64,000 nt of DNA, taken from assembly GCF_006345805.1 (NCBI RefSeq), contig NC_043012.1, forward strand, positions 17,050,001 to 17,114,000, read 5' to 3'. The stretch comes from Octopus sinensis. Taxonomy: Eukaryota. Position numbers and translations under genes: made by a program. The stretch's first letter is position 1. Each line of letters starts with the position of its first letter. The notes beneath the pieces were generated by a model. It was not told the DNA's origin and ran no database searches. It saw only the letters and a program-made list of their open reading frames with translations. This document shows, in pieces, positions 1-13,802 of the stretch.

Positions 1-217
1 GTGTGTATATGTTTGTGTGTCTGTGTTTGTCCCCCCCCCCATCACTTGACAACCGATGCTGGTGTGTTTACGTCACCGTCACTTAGCGGTTCGGCAAAAA
101 GAGACCGATAGAATAAGTACTGGGCTTACAAAGAATAAGTCCCGGGGTCGATTTGCTCGACTAAAGGTGGTGCTCCAGCATGGCCGCAGTCAAATGACTG
201 AAACAAGTAAAAGAGTA
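1..217 (+). mobile_element. tRNA-derived SINE family A, 3' half
   Basis: Near-identical to the 3' half of the full copy at 21119-21507 (gacaaccgatgctggtgtgtttacg...ccagcatggccgcagtcaaatgactgaaacaagtaaaagag). Confidence 0.9.
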
Positions 218-1729
218 TACCTATTGTGTATATGTGCGTGTGCGTCTGTTTATACGTATGTATTCAGAGATATACGTATATAAGTGTGTATGCGCGCGTG
301 TTCGTATTTCCTTTGTCTTCTCGTGTGTTTGCTGATTGTAAACAATGTCGATAGCGCTAGATATGTCTCTTGCTTGCTGCCCATTGCGAAAGCATGTCCG
401 GATTTCTTGCTTCGTTGCAAGATCATCGTACGCAAAGGGCTCAGTCGTATGTCGTAGTGTGCTTCTAGTTCTTTGCGTTAACAATTCCATATTGTTTGTT
501 CTTCGATAGACTGGGAGATTATTTATACCCCTTGCTTGAAGAAACGGGTAGGGGTTGGCATCAGAAAGGTTTTCTGGTCATAAATAACTCTGCTCCAACA
601 CGTTCCCGTCTGACCCATGCAAGCAAAGAAAAACAGACGTTAAAGTAAAATGTGTGTGTGTGTGTGTGTGGTATGTTTGTGTATGTGTGTCTATTGTTTT
701 ATAGTTTTGTTTTTCTTCTTTGGGGGTCAAAATGCTGCCCCCTCCCACTCCCTTTTTGTAAAGAATGCAAATTGATTGCTTCCCGAAGAAGCTGGCTGTG
801 ATGACGAAATTGCCGAAAGTTCTGGTCTGTGAATTGAAATGAACAGAAAAAAAAATTATTAAAAAAAAAACCTATAAAAATAATAATAAAAAAAAACAAC
901 CTAAAACAAAATAAAACATAAACATATAGAAAAATTTATCAGAATTTAATGTAAAATATGAAAGCAAAAATATATATATGATAAAACAAAAGCAATGGAG
1001 GAAAGTGGTGTTGATGTTGGTGCAAATTTTTGTCTATGACAAGCGATGATGTAAATATTATAACGAGTTAATCTGATATTATCATAATATATTAATTATT
1101 TAAGGATTTTCAATTTTATAAAAAATATCCTAATTTATTCAGTTCATTTATTTGTCAAATTAATTATTGATATGTATGTATTTATTTGTTTATTTATTAT
1201 TTATTTATCATTTGTTATTAACTGTTCGATTTTATTAAATATTATATAACAACCTGATTCTTTTGTTTGTTATTTATCATTACTAAGACACGATGAATAG
1301 TGGATACCGATCGTAGGCGTTGCCGTATGGTTGAGAGAAGTTCACTTTGCAACCATGTGGTCATGGGTTCGATCTCATTGGATGGTACCTTGGGCAATTG
1401 TCTTCTACTACAGCCACGTCTTTTATATTTTACTTGTTTCAGTCATTAGACTGCGGCCATTCTGGGGCACCACTTTGAGGAATTTTTAGTCGAATGAATC
1501 GATCCCAGTACTTATTTTTGAAACTTGGTATTTATTCTCTCGGTTTCTTTTCCTGAACCGCTGAGTTACGGGGACGTTCCAATACCGGTGGGGGACAAAC
1601 ATAGACACTAAGATACACACATAGATGTATATATATACGATGAGATTCTTTCAGTTTCCTCCTCCCAAATCCACCCACGAGGATTTGTAGAAGATGCATG
1701 CCACATGACTAGAGTTGACGACACTTGCC

Positions 1730-2010
1730 CAATTTTCTCACTTCAAGCTTGCATTGGTGGATTTTTATTATCGAGTCTTATGTCAGTTTCTTTAGTAAAA
1801 CCGTGTACTCTTTGCTGAAGTGTTTCTAGTTGTTTATCACCTGCAGCTAACAACTTGAGGTTCATATACTAAAGATGAATGCTTGTCCTCATATAGCCTC
1901 TTTTTCCGATTCCTGTCTGTTTTAACATGCTGGCTAAAGGTGTTAATACCAGGTGGAAAAGGTGTAGAGAGAGAGAGGGAGTCCTTAGAATATTCCTTTT
2001 AAAATTGAGT
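1730..2010 (-). mobile_element. Decayed R4/Dong-like non-LTR reverse transcriptase fragment
   Basis: Minus-strand translation gives GIF*G.SLS...LVLTPLASMLKQTG...IHL*YMNLKLLAAGDKQLETLQQRVHGF. This resembles the GIFQGDSLSP / HLLYMDDLKL RT motifs, with stops and indels. Confidence 0.65.
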
Positions 2011-2679
2011 TACGTTTAGTTTCTGTAATTTCCTCTTTATCTGCATATTCACAATTATTTGATATCTACTCATGACGAGCTTAGCTTTGTTTGTTATTTC
2101 ACAAAGCTTTTCTCTGCCCACTTTCACTCGAAAGCCTTCGGTCCATTGGAAGCTGTAGTTGAAGATACTCGACAAAGATGACGCGTAATGGGATTAATTG
2201 TGAAGACCTCATTATTCTGATGCGAACTTAATCATTCAGGCATTCCTGTTCCCAGTGTGTGCCTTACAATACATTTCAGGACGAAACAAATAACCTTAAT
2301 CTTATGTCATTTAAAGAGGAGTAAAGTCAGACAAAAATCCTGTGGCTTTTAGTTACGACCCTTTAGCTTACTTCAAATCTCGCCCAGGTTATCTTTTCTT
2401 TCCATTCTTCCGGTATCGAGTGAATAAAGTACTTGTCAAATGCTGACTCAACCATCCTTCAAATTCGTAGTTTTGTGTGTGTGTGTGGGGAGATTTTTGT
2501 TAGGTTAATTAAACACTCTATTTTAGTTTAAAATATACGTGAACGTTGTCTTTATAAAATATATTCATATTTGAGATTTATTTTGGTTTTACTTTTACTG
2601 TCCTACATTTATTTCCCCGTGCTTCCTCGAACAGTTTTGCTTATTTGTTGAAGAAGGGACTTGCTTAACAATGGTGACC

Positions 2680-3271
2680 TCCGAATCAGTTTGGCCCTTC
2701 CCACAAAGGCAACATTGTGCCAACCAATCTCGCACCATAGATTAGCCTACAAACTCAAAGACGTTTTTTTTTCTCATCGCAACACATTCAACCACTTCCT
2801 TCCAAGGGCATTGGTTCCCGTTAATGTTCCATCAATTCTCGAACCTTCAAGCTTGAGCAGAACAGATGGTAACGTCTTTCCCATGGCAACACAGGAAGTG
2901 TCTGTTGTGTGTGTGTGTGTGTGTGTGTGGCGGGGGTTAATGGTGGCGGACACTTTCAGTATGTCATGCAATCATTGATTGACAGCTCTTCAGCCTTATG
3001 TACGTAGAAATTACGAAGAGCCTCAAATACTTGGAATGAATAAACCGCTATCTTTTCCACCCATTCGCCATTGAAACTATATGCATATATGTCCTTCGAC
3101 AGCCATTTACTTAAAACAAGTAGCCTGGTTGTCGTCTCGTTGACATTTACTTTGATAAAAAGAGAAGCTTCTTGGTTGAATCAGCGAATTTCAGTTGCTA
3201 TTGTTCGTAGAAATGCTGCCAGCGTTATATCTTCTATCAAGAATTATCAATATTATCATAGCAAGTATTAG
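2680..3271 (+). mobile_element. Decayed C-terminus of an RLE-type (CRE-like) non-LTR element
   Basis: RALVPVNVPSILEPSSLSRTDG, VADTF, YLFHPFAIET and REASWLNQRISVAIVRRNAAS match the restriction-like endonuclease region of RLE non-LTR elements. It is interrupted by a GT repeat and frameshifts. Confidence 0.7.
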
Positions 3272-3671
3272 TTGAAACATGCTCATTATGTTTATTTGTT
3301 TGCACGTCCGACCACATTGCTAAAAGCATTCATTTGTGACAAGCAATTCATCTGATGCAACTTTATACATATAACTCTTTCACATTACCTGTTTTTATAT
3401 ATTTCTTTTGCGCTCGTTCCTTCTTTTATTTTCTTACGTTTTTTTTTTATTTTGTTGGACCAAACAAATTATTTTCTTCAGGTGGATGCCTTTGCTTCTA
3501 CAAACCACTCAACTGCGGTGTAAGAGTGGAGACTGTATTTATAAAGACCAAACATGTCTGGTCACGTCAGGTTTTCTTTTCTCCTCAAAATGTAGCTATT
3601 ATCTGCCGTGTCTTTCCTTTTCCTAAGACAGCAGTGATTCCGGTGAGATATTTCTAGGTCAGATGTATGTA

Positions 3672-3815
3672 AAGCCGTCATGCGAAATCTGCGGCCCGCG
3701 GGACTATCTGAATGGTGCATTATCCAAATATTACCTTGAATTTTGTAGTAGTGCAGCCCGCCTGATGATGAGCCATATCTCATGTGGCCCGCTTCTCGAA
3801 AAGGTTTTCCTATGT
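3672..3815. mobile_element. Degenerate hAT-like MITE
   Basis: Repeated g(c/t)ggcccgc subterminal motifs and an aaaaggtt end, as in non-autonomous hAT elements. The TIRs are eroded. Confidence 0.35.
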
Positions 3816-4899
3816 CTATTATTGTTCTAGTTCAGCTATCATTGAACATAACTATAACCAAAGGCGTTCTAATAGTGACCATCCTATCATTATTTCAGAC
3901 ATAATGTATCTACGATTACATGAATGTCTTTCCTGTTCATGTTGATAGGATGACTGAAGGAAGATTCGGCTGTTATTTTAACAGATTGTGTAACTGAGTA
4001 GAGGTTCTTTCAGTTGCATTACTTGCTCTTTATGTTATTAGCTGAAACTACATTATCTATTGTCTGTAGTTTTTGAAGACGTCAAGGTATGATTTCAGGT
4101 AGATTTAGCTGTTATTTATAGAAGGTCGGGCAAACAAGCTGAGTTCTCGTTGGCGCGACAGTATATGTTTAAGAAAAACGAGTCACTTTGATTTATCACT
4201 CTGTGATACTCTCGGTATGAAAATTAATAATTAAGTCATTGTTAACATATTCAAAATAATGTGCATCATTGATATAATTAGAAATATTTATATGGTGAGG
4301 AAAAGTCAAAATACTATGATGAATAATATTTTAGTCATTTCAACAAATACAGGCATGTTTTGGTATTTTTAAATCTCCTCAGTGAGGCCTACACTCGACC
4401 ACCGTACTTGTCGAAATAGTAATAAAAGAATCATTAATTAATTAGTTGACTAATTGGTTTAGATGGTTGTCACCTGTCATAATATTTTCTTCATATTCCG
4501 ACAGGAATAGGAGTAACAAAACTGCAATTAAATGAAAGCTTTAATAGATATGTAACAGCTGGAATTGCCAGGAATGTCGCATAAATTAACCCAGTAAAGA
4601 AGGTTTTTGTTAAAGCGACAGTTCTGGGTTTCTAACACGGACACATAGTACGAGTTAGACATTGTTTGGGGATAGTGTAGTAGAATATATCGATTTCAGT
4701 ACGAGTCCGATTCATATTTTATCGATCTCAACCCAAAGGATCAAATGATAAGCTGCACTCGACAAAATCCGGATTAATTTCGTTAAAATGAAAATGACGA
4801 GCATTTTTCTGTCATAAACCAACTGAAAACAACAATAACCTTAAGTACGGTTTTATGTTCATTAAATGCTCTTTTGTTAATAAGATTCTCCAATTTAAA

Positions 4900-6270
4900 A
4901 AAATTATTTTTGGTAATGAAGAATAGGCAATGCAAGAGCTGCTTACAAAATAGACTAAAGCCTTAATTCCAAAATTTAAAAAAACGTCAAAGAAATAAGA
5001 AAAAATAGCGAAGTCTACATATTACAGAGTTTTATTTAATCTAATGACGAACAGAGAAGAAACTGGAAATTTTGGAAATATCAACGCCCAAAACCAAAGA
5101 AGACAACGAGACAGGATCCTCTGCATCTCAACATTCATATTTTACATTTAATAACCTTCATGTAGGGTCAAATTCATTTATTGGAATTAACAAACTCATC
5201 AAAACCAACATTAAAGGTTTAGTTAAATCACAACAAAATTAATTCTAAATGTGAACAATTTGATGTGAAGAATTTCTACAGCTCTATCTCTACTAATTAA
5301 TGGCCTTAACTTTACTAAACCACTAGCTAATATAAACGATTCGGAAAGGTAAATCATATCCTAAAACCATAATTCATTACGACCAGGCTATTTGACTAAC
5401 AAATACATTCTAATCTACCATTCGACATTAGTGTGGGATCAAAAAACTCAGCTAAAGCCAGTTATATCGTCAGATTACATATATTACTCAGATTTATATA
5501 TAATTTTCCACATTGAAAGTGGCCTTTATAGAGATGATGGTTTTTTTCTCCTTCAGCGATCTTACAACAAACTACATATCTTTTTCAAAGAAACAGGACT
5601 ATCTACTTAAAGTAAGGAGACTTTACATCCACAGATGTTTCAGATACCTGTAGAAGAATAAATGGTTTATAACTTTTCTCTAATGTCTTCTTCTAAATAC
5701 TCTAATGATGCCTTATTTCTTAGGAGAAAATTAAGTATACGTAAAATATTGGTTTCACTTTTTTGCACAAGGCCAGCAGCTTTGGGGAAGGTTTGATTCG
5801 TTTAAGTCGACCCCAGTGCTCATCCTGAAAGAATGAAATGTAAAGTCGACCCCGGTGGAAGTTGAAATCAGAACGTAAAGACGAACGAAATGCTGTTAAA
5901 CATATCGCCCGGCCTGCTAACGATTCTGCCAGCTCGCCACCTGAAGTATACGTAAAATATTAACAGAATCAGAACTTAAAAAGAGAAAAGAAATATCACA
6001 TGGTATAATCAACCGTACAAGTTAGCTGTCGTGAAAAATAGTTTTCACTTTTTTAAGAAAACATTCCATCTACAAAACAAATGTTGCAAATTATTTCAGC
6101 GAGATAACACAAAAATCTCATATTCAGTTATAACGTGCCCTCCCCAGCACACAAAACCATTCTAATTCCAACCAGCATAAAGTGAATTTACAGCAAACTC
6201 TAATCCAAACTGATGCAATTGCATCAATCTAATAAATGTCCTCTAGTTTCCAAATGCCCAAATTAAAGCA
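4900..6270 (+). mobile_element. Decayed Penelope-like retroelement (RT core to zinc-binding linker)
   Basis: ESGLYRDDG (catalytic motif), NITWYNQPY, KLFQRDNTKISYS and CNC...CPL in successive fragments. Split by a SINE at 5751-5943. Confidence 0.8.
5751..5943 (-). mobile_element. SINE family B (Meta/MESC-like central domain) with 18-bp TSD
   Basis: ggcgagctggcagaatcgttagc head on the minus strand. Exact TSD aagtatacgtaaaatatt at 5733-5750 and 5944-5961. Confidence 0.9.
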
Positions 6271-7139
6271 ATAATCGGTTGTTCGAGAAAGAAAGACTCG
6301 TGTAGTGTCGAGCGAACGAGTAAAGAGAGAATCAAATAGCAGACTGCGAACAAACTACTGGTTTCTGATTGTCTAAGATTTCTGCACGGCTAAAATTTCT
6401 GGTCTATTGAAATCTTTCATTGGCCAAAATAACACACGTGACAAAGGTGAATCGAAATGTCAGCAATCAAAATGGCGTCGCTATAGATTATGTTACATCT
6501 AGGAGAAAAAAAAACTATATCAACAGCTGTAATGTGATGATAGATTTGCTTCATCAGGGCTAACCCCAGTTTATTCTTCGAAAATATTAGGGTCCTGTCT
6601 GAGAAAGAAATCAAGAAATCAACTATATATAAAAAAATACTCTGATATCTTGTCATTTACACACAACTGCACTTTTCAAGGTATTTTGAGTCAGAGTCAG
6701 CTACGTAAAAGCTGACTCTTCCCTAAACATGTAAATTAGCTTGTAAAATATCATGTTTAAATGCTACCTTACGGGATTCGTCGCTAGGTCCTATCTTTGG
6801 CTTGTGTGTTTCACTGACCCTGAGAGCTGTGTCACAGTAACTCGAATTCCTTGTCGTGCCTCCTATGTTGGATTGATCAATGGATAGAGGCCAGACTAAA
6901 CAGACCACCTCATCTCAGAGGTAAAATAAAGTCAAGTCAAGGAGACATCGATGACAATTCAAAACCTGCAAGACCTGGGGTATAAAAAAACCCCAAAACA
7001 ACATTGAATCGAGAACAGCGGAGAAAAGTCATCGATGAACAATGTCCCATAGGTATTGAAGGGCTTTGGTAATTAAGTACCCACGGGACATTTTCGTATA
7101 GATTAAGCACAGAAAGTGCGACAGGTTTTAAACAAATAG

Positions 7140-7350
7140 CTGTTTATTATTTACATTATTTACATCGACCGGATATGTGTCCTCCTCTTGTTTGTTGTTA
7201 CCACAACGTTTCGGCTGATTTACTCTCCTTTGAACCCAACCCTGGGTTCTCATTCCTAAAGTATTTTTTTTTTTGCTGATATTATTATGGAACTCGCAAT
7301 CTTGGGGTTAGTAGCCTGCGCTCTTAACCATTGCGCTATATGCCCGTAGG
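7140..7350 (-). mobile_element. tRNA-like head followed by a Penelope pLTR-like tail
   Basis: Minus strand reads gggcatatagcgcaatggttaagagcgcaggctactaaccccaagattgcgagttcc (A/B-box-like), then cagccGAAAcgttg and a gtaaataat tail. Confidence 0.5.
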
Positions 7351-8498
7351 CAATTATAGAGTGAATTATAGGGCTTATAAACCGAATATTTTTGTATCCT
7401 TCCTTAATACATATTCTACTCGTATCTGCATTAGGTCTGCTTAGGAGGTTATTGTGTCTTAGCATATGTGCTGCCTCTTTTTAATACAGAATTCCTCACC
7501 TCAAAAATATAGAACAAATATCTGTTTGTACTGATATATTTGAACACGAAATTCGAATCCTGTAGTTTTAAGCGTTGCTTTTGCATTGCATCGTTTCAGG
7601 GACTCGATCATAGCAAATATCAAGAGATGTAACACAAAAATTGAAAAGCTGTCGCCTTCTTTAAACATATAAATTAAGTTTAGAAATCAATTCTTTCCCT
7701 AAGCATATAATTAACTTGAGAAATTAATTGTTAAGTTCTTGAAATTATCCTTTCTATTCTTTGAAAGTTGAAAGCAATTAAACATAACTACAGCCGTCGT
7801 TCGGAATCAATATAACTAGGTAGCATGTATCAGGCTTCGCCTTTGAGTGAATTTTGTTGGCGGAAGCCTGTCATACAAATGTGTGTATGTATGTGTGTGT
7901 GTGTGTGTGTGTGTATTTGACCCCCACCGTTTGACAACCGGTGTTGGCTAGTTTGCGTTCCCGTAATCTAGCAGTTTGGCAAAAGAGACCGATAAAATAT
8001 GTACCAGACTTTAGAAAGGAATATAGGAATGTACTAGGGTCGATTTGTTTGACTAAATAAACCGTTCATGGCGATGCTCCAGCATGGCCTGCAATATAAC
8101 GACTGAAACAAGTGAAAGATGAATAATTGCGAACAGGCAAAGATCTCTTCGCGGCATTCCTTCCTCGCCCCACCAGCGAAACAACAAAAACATAATGGTT
8201 GGAGGGAGGAAAGACTGCGCCAGTCCTTGATTGGTTTTAATTAGAATTGAATCGACTGGGGCAATGCAATGTAAAATGAATTGCCTAGCTCAATGGAACA
8301 ACACGACGTCCGGTTCAGGAATCGAACCTACGGCTTTATGATCTCGAGGCCTAACACCTTAACCACCTTCACCGCTTGCAATTGCGAAGAGATAAGGTTT
8401 TCCATTGTTTTTCTCTGACTAAAAGTAAAATTTCACTTGATTTATGATTTGTTTTTGTACACAATATTCAGGATATCATTTTTTTAAAAATATATCCA

Positions 8499-9262
8499 GG
8501 CCTATTCCCCAAGTTTTTTAGAAGTGGGTAGCCACAACAAGACACACTCCAGGTATTTCAGTCATTTCCCAGCTCAAAGAGATGAGCCCCGTTCTATGCT
8601 CGGGTCAAGGCATAGAACGCAACCCCCAATATCAGCAGCGGGGCCCGACAGTATCTGCTGGTTTACCCTCGCCACATCATGCTGGTTCTGTACCTGTTTG
8701 AACAACATCAAAATTCACTCATCCATCCACAAACACTCTAGAAGTTTTCCTATCATTTATAGACTCTCTCACCTCTCTTACTCAAACTGAGGTCTGCTTC
8801 TGGTTCTGCTGCCTACCACTTCTGCCCTCATCACCCTCCTCACCATCCGCTCCTCATCCATTCTCTACATGTGACCAAACCACCTCGACATTCGATTATT
8901 CAATTTGGTTGTTAGTTTTCCTTTCATTCCTGCTCGCCTTCGCACCTCCTCTTTCCTCATCCTGTCCATCCGTGTCACACCAACCATAGCCCTCAAACAT
9001 CTCATCTCAAACACATCTAGTCGCCTCCTTTCCGCCTCTCTCAGCCTCCACGTCTCTGCACCATATAACATTGTCGGCACAATCACGCCCTCATACACAC
9101 CTCTTTTCGCTTTCATACTCAACCTTTCATCTCTCAACTTACCTTTCACAACTCCAAGTATCTTACTCCCCTCCCTCACTCTGTATGCCACCTCCCCAGT
9201 CAACCCTTCCCTCGGTACATTTGAGTTGCTTCCCCTTATCATTTTTGTCTTTTTACTTGTTT
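8499..9262 (-). mobile_element. RTE-clade LINE, 5'-truncated 3' portion
   Basis: ORF 8865-9296 contains PTMLYGAETW...LDVFEMRCLRAMVGVTRMDRMR...RWFGHM. Its 3' UTR is shared with 21516-21943. Confidence 0.9.
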
Positions 9263-9269
9263 CATTCAT

Positions 9270-9615
9270 TGCATTGAGTTCATGCTTGAGCACCATCTTG
9301 AAGTGTTTAGTCGAAGAAAACTACCCTTGTATTAGGTTTTTAAAAGCCTTATTCTTTATTGCCAAATCGCTGAATTACAGGGACGTAACCAAACCAACAA
9401 TGGGTGTCAAGTAGTGGTTGGGGGACAAACAGAATCATAAGGACATACACATAAGGTATGTACATACATATACACGTATGCGACGGGTTTCTTTCAGTTT
9501 TCGTCGGCTCGAGGCTGTAGCAGAAGACTCTTGTACAAGGTGCCACGCAGTGGGACTGAACCCGAAACCATGTGGCGGGAAACAAACTTCTTACCACACA
9601 GCCGCGCCTGCGCCT
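9270..9615 (-). mobile_element. SINE family A, diverged copy
   Basis: Reverse complement of the ggcgcaggcgcggctgtgtggtaag head and the family A body. Confidence 0.8.
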
Positions 9616-10145
9616 AAACAGCCATGCCCACTCAGCCCTTAATTCGATTTATTTTTAAAGGCTTTTCTTGTTATCGATGGAGACAACATAACGAAGGATG
9701 CTATTGAGTTAACGACGGAGTCTCTGCAATCGTTTGATCTGCTTGAAATAATAACCAAATCTCCCACAAATCATATCCTTCCTTCTTGTCAAAGGACAAG
9801 GTTGTCACGGTTAGAATGCCTTTGATCATACATATATGCTATGTCATGGTCGACCTAGGGTTAAATAAGAACAATAGCAGTTGCCGCCGCCGCCACCTCA
9901 GCAGCAGCAGCAGCAGCAACAGCTTTCTCCACAGAACATTTAGAATTCACCAACCAACGAAGGTGAGTCTACGACGTCACTTGATCTGCTAGAAATAGCA
10001 GCTAAATTTTAATCAAATAACAGCCTTCCTTGCATCTTTAAAAAGAAATTAAAGGAAAGACGCACTGAAGAGAATATAGTTTGCGGTTCTGGGTGATCCA
10101 AAGGCGGAATAAAAGATGAGGTTGTAGGAGTGTGTGTGTGTGTGT

Positions 10146-10188
<43 letters not shown>

Positions 10189-11059
10189 TTACAGTTAAAA
10201 ATTTCCTTTGATCATAGATCTTTTCAATCATCAAAGTTGACCTGGGGCTAAATAATGACGATAGCAACAACAACAATAACAACAACAGCAGCAGCAGCAA
10301 CAACAACAACAGCAACAACACATTACAACAACAATCGACGTTTAGAATTTGTTTGCTACAAGACATTGCTTTCTTTTGAAACTTCTTTTTATATAATTCA
10401 CTGACTAAAACGACGGAAAGAGAGTTAAAACATGCAAAAGAAAGACAAGTTTACGTGAAATACTCACTCTCTCTCTGTCTCTCTGTGTCTCTGTCTCTCT
10501 GTCCCTATCTCTCCCTGTGTCTCTCTGTCTCTCTATGTGCCTCTCTCTACGTGCCTCTCTCGTTCTCTCGCTGTTTTGCTCCTCCGCTCTTCCTCTTGCT
10601 CAATATTCGCTTGAAAGTCTATGGAAGTAACCTATTTGATGAGATTTTAATGAGCTGGCGTTAAAACATACAGTTAATGGATTAGATCGTTAACTTAACA
10701 TTTTGTTAGCTTGAAGGCAGTACTCGAATATTTACCAAGTGTTTAAACTTTTATTCAATCTCCGTATTGTTTAGATATCGCGAACGAGCGAATGAACGAA
10801 AACGAGCGAATGAAGAACAGCAACAACAGCAACAGCAACAACAACAACAATTAAAATACATGTTAAGAAAAATACAATAAAATACAATAAAATATAATAT
10901 AATATAATATAATATTAAATAAAGAAAAGATAAAATAAGAAAATTGAAAAAAGAAAAAAAGACTGAAAGATTCATTCAATTAGACAATGGAAGTCAAAAG
11001 TTGATACTTTGACTCTCCAGAGATGTGTTCCAACGCTTTTTCATGTTCTGAATCCAAAT

Positions 11060-11317
11060 TAACAAGAAGAACAAGAAGAACAAGAACAAGAAGAACAACG
11101 ACGACGACGGCGACGATGATAGAGATGACGACGACATCAATAATGATATAACAATGATAATGATAACGATAACAACTACGACATAAATATCACCGTCATC
11201 ATCATCATCCTCATCATCATCATCATCAATATCATCGTCATCATCATCATCCTCATCATCATCATCATCAATATCATCGTCATCATCATCATCATCAATA
11301 TCATCGTCATCATCAAT

Positions 11318-11360
<43 letters not shown>

Positions 11361-11498
11361 TCATCATCATCATCACCATCATCACATCATTATCATCATC
11401 GTCATCGTCATCGCCATCATCACATCATCATCATCATCATCATCATCATCAACAAAATCATCATCATCATCACCATCATCACATCATCATCGTCATCG

Positions 11499-11534
<36 letters not shown>

Positions 11535-12213
11535 TCATCATCATCATCATCAGGATCATGATCATCGGTATCAATAATAATCTTCATCACCATCACCCTC
11601 GTCAGCCACCACCACCACCACCACCACCACACCACCACCACCACCACACCACCACCACGCCTTCCACCACCATCATCATCATTATCACCATCGTCAGCCA
11701 CCACCATCATCATCACCATCATCGCCATACTCACTATCAACGCCGCCACCATTCGTTGTCACCATCGACACCATCATCATAATCATCGCTACAGCCACCA
11801 CCACCTCCACCACAACCATCATCAGCATCATCAGCAGTAATAACAACAGCAGCAGCAACGGCAGCAGCAATAGCCTGTATTAACAGCAACATATGCAGCA
11901 GGATCAATTTTAGCGGCAACAATATGTTAATAAAGGCAACTGCAACTGCAACGAACACAACAGCAGCACCAAGTGTAACAACGGTAGTAGTGGTAGTAGT
12001 GGTGGTGGTGGTGGTGGTAGTGGTGGTAGTGGTAATAGTAGTAGTAGTAGCAGCAGCAGAAGTATTAGTAGTAGTAGTGGTAGTAGTAGTAGTAGTAGTA
12101 GCAGTTGTAGTAGTGGTAGAAGTTGTAGTAGTAGTGGTAGTAGTAGCAGCAGTAGTAGTAGTTGTAGTAGTAGCAGTAGCAGTAGTTGTAGTAGTAGCAG
12201 CTGTAGTAGTAGT

Positions 12214-12265
<52 letters not shown>

Positions 12266-12432
12266 TAGCAGCAGTAGTAGTAGTGGTGGTGGTAGTAGTA
12301 GGGGCAGCAGCAGTAGTAGTAATAGTAGTGATAGTTGTAGTAGTAGTAGTAGTAGTAGCAGTAGTAGTAGTAGCAGCAGTAGTAGTAGTAGTGGCAGCAG
12401 CAGCAGCAGCAATAGTAGTAGTAGTAGTAGTA
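11060..12432. repeat. Compound trinucleotide microsatellite field (CAT/CAC/GTA/CAG)
   Basis: Directly visible. It explains the homopolymeric ORFs in all frames. Confidence 0.95.
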
Positions 12433-12824
12433 ACGCATTGTAAAGAAAGCTTCATTGACACAGAATCGGTAGCGCGACGAACAAATCGTTTTCCGTTAAA
12501 TGGTAACACATTACATTCCGAGTTCGATCCCTACCCCTTAAATCAATTGGTTGGTCGTCGGTAAAATGGCATATTCAGTAAGGAACAGGGCAGGGGGTGG
12601 TTGTGGTGGATGGGCGGTGAGGAGGGGAAGGGGAGGATATAATGAACTCTCCCCCCTCGTCCGCCTCCTACCACATTTTTTAAACAAAATCTGTATAGGG
12701 GTAAATGGTTCTAAAGCACCCCTTTTTTTTTCGCTCATGCCACCTTTTTTGATCCCTATTCTATTCTATTGGACCCTAATATCTTACTGAGTTTTTATAA
12801 TTAAATGCTATTAGAGATTCTTTT

Positions 12825-13064
12825 ATTCTTCTACTTGTTTAAGTCATTTGACTGCGGCCATGCTGGAGCACCGCAGTTTGAGTCGAACAAACTGACCCCA
12901 AGACTTATTCCTTGTAAGCCTAGTACTTATTCTATCGGGTCTTTTGCCGATCCGCTAAGTTACGGACGTAAACACACCAGCATCGGTTGTCAAGCGATGG
13001 TGTTGGGGGACAAACACAAACGCACAAACATATACATATACTACATACACACACAGACACACAG

Positions 13065-13095
<31 letters not shown>

Positions 13096-13142
13096 AAGCC
13101 TTGAGAGTGGATTTGGTAGATGGAAACTTAAAGAAGCCCATC

Positions 13143-13213
<71 letters not shown>

Positions 13214-13520
13214 GGAGTAAACACATGAATGTGAAACAAGGTGGAAAAAGAGTACTCAAATACCAGTGGTAGAGTAATATGCTTTATTTAAAGCAGCAGA
13301 AAATTCAACAAAATCTGTTCCTCTGAGTTTCTCGTTGCCGTTCATCAGACAGTTTTTGCTATATATATATACGATAGGCTTCTTTCAGTTTCCGTTTACC
13401 AAATCCACTCACAAGGATTTGGTCGGCCCGAGGCCATAGTAGAAGACACTTGAAAAGGTTCCACGCAGTGGGACTGAACCCGGAACCATGTGGCTGGGAA
13501 GTAAGCTTCTTACCACAAAA
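12825..13520 (-). mobile_element. SINE family A interrupted at its internal microsatellite
   Basis: Tail at 12825-13090 and head at 13372-13520 on the minus strand. Between them lie an inverted SINE piece (13096-13145), (TA)n and a ~150-bp insert. Confidence 0.8.
13315..13352 (-). ncRNA. Minimal type I hammerhead ribozyme motif, probably inactivated
   Basis: Minus strand: ctgt CTGATGA acg-gcaa-cga GAAA ctc-a-gag GA acag. Stem I pairs ctgt/acag and stem II has a GNRA loop, but the UH cleavage site reads GA. Confidence 0.7.
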
Positions 13521-13556
13521 GTTTTGATAATTTTATTTTTATTAAAATATTTCTAT

Positions 13557-13730
13557 TGGCGCAGGCTTAACTGTGTGGTAAGAGGCCCGCTTCCCACCCA
13601 CATGGTTCTGGGTTCAGTCCCACTACATGGCACCTTAGGTAAGTACCTTCTACTATAGCCTTGGGTGGACCAAAGCCTTGTCAGTGGATTTGTAGAAAGA
13701 AAACTGAAAGAAGCCCGTCGTATATATGTG

Positions 13731-13802
<72 letters not shown>

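Noticed and set aside
6693-6720. 10-bp hairpin as a terminator or Helitron end
   Set aside because: Intrinsic terminators are not relevant in this eukaryotic context, and the spacing and CTRR|T context do not fit a Helitron.
11176-12564. Poly-Thr, poly-Leu and poly-Val ORFs as mucin-like genes
   Set aside because: These are trinucleotide repeats open in several frames on both strands, with no unique coding flanks or splice evidence.
12575-12790. MITE with tcagtaag/cttactga ends
   Set aside because: There is only an 8-bp inverted match, with no TSD and no second copy in the window.
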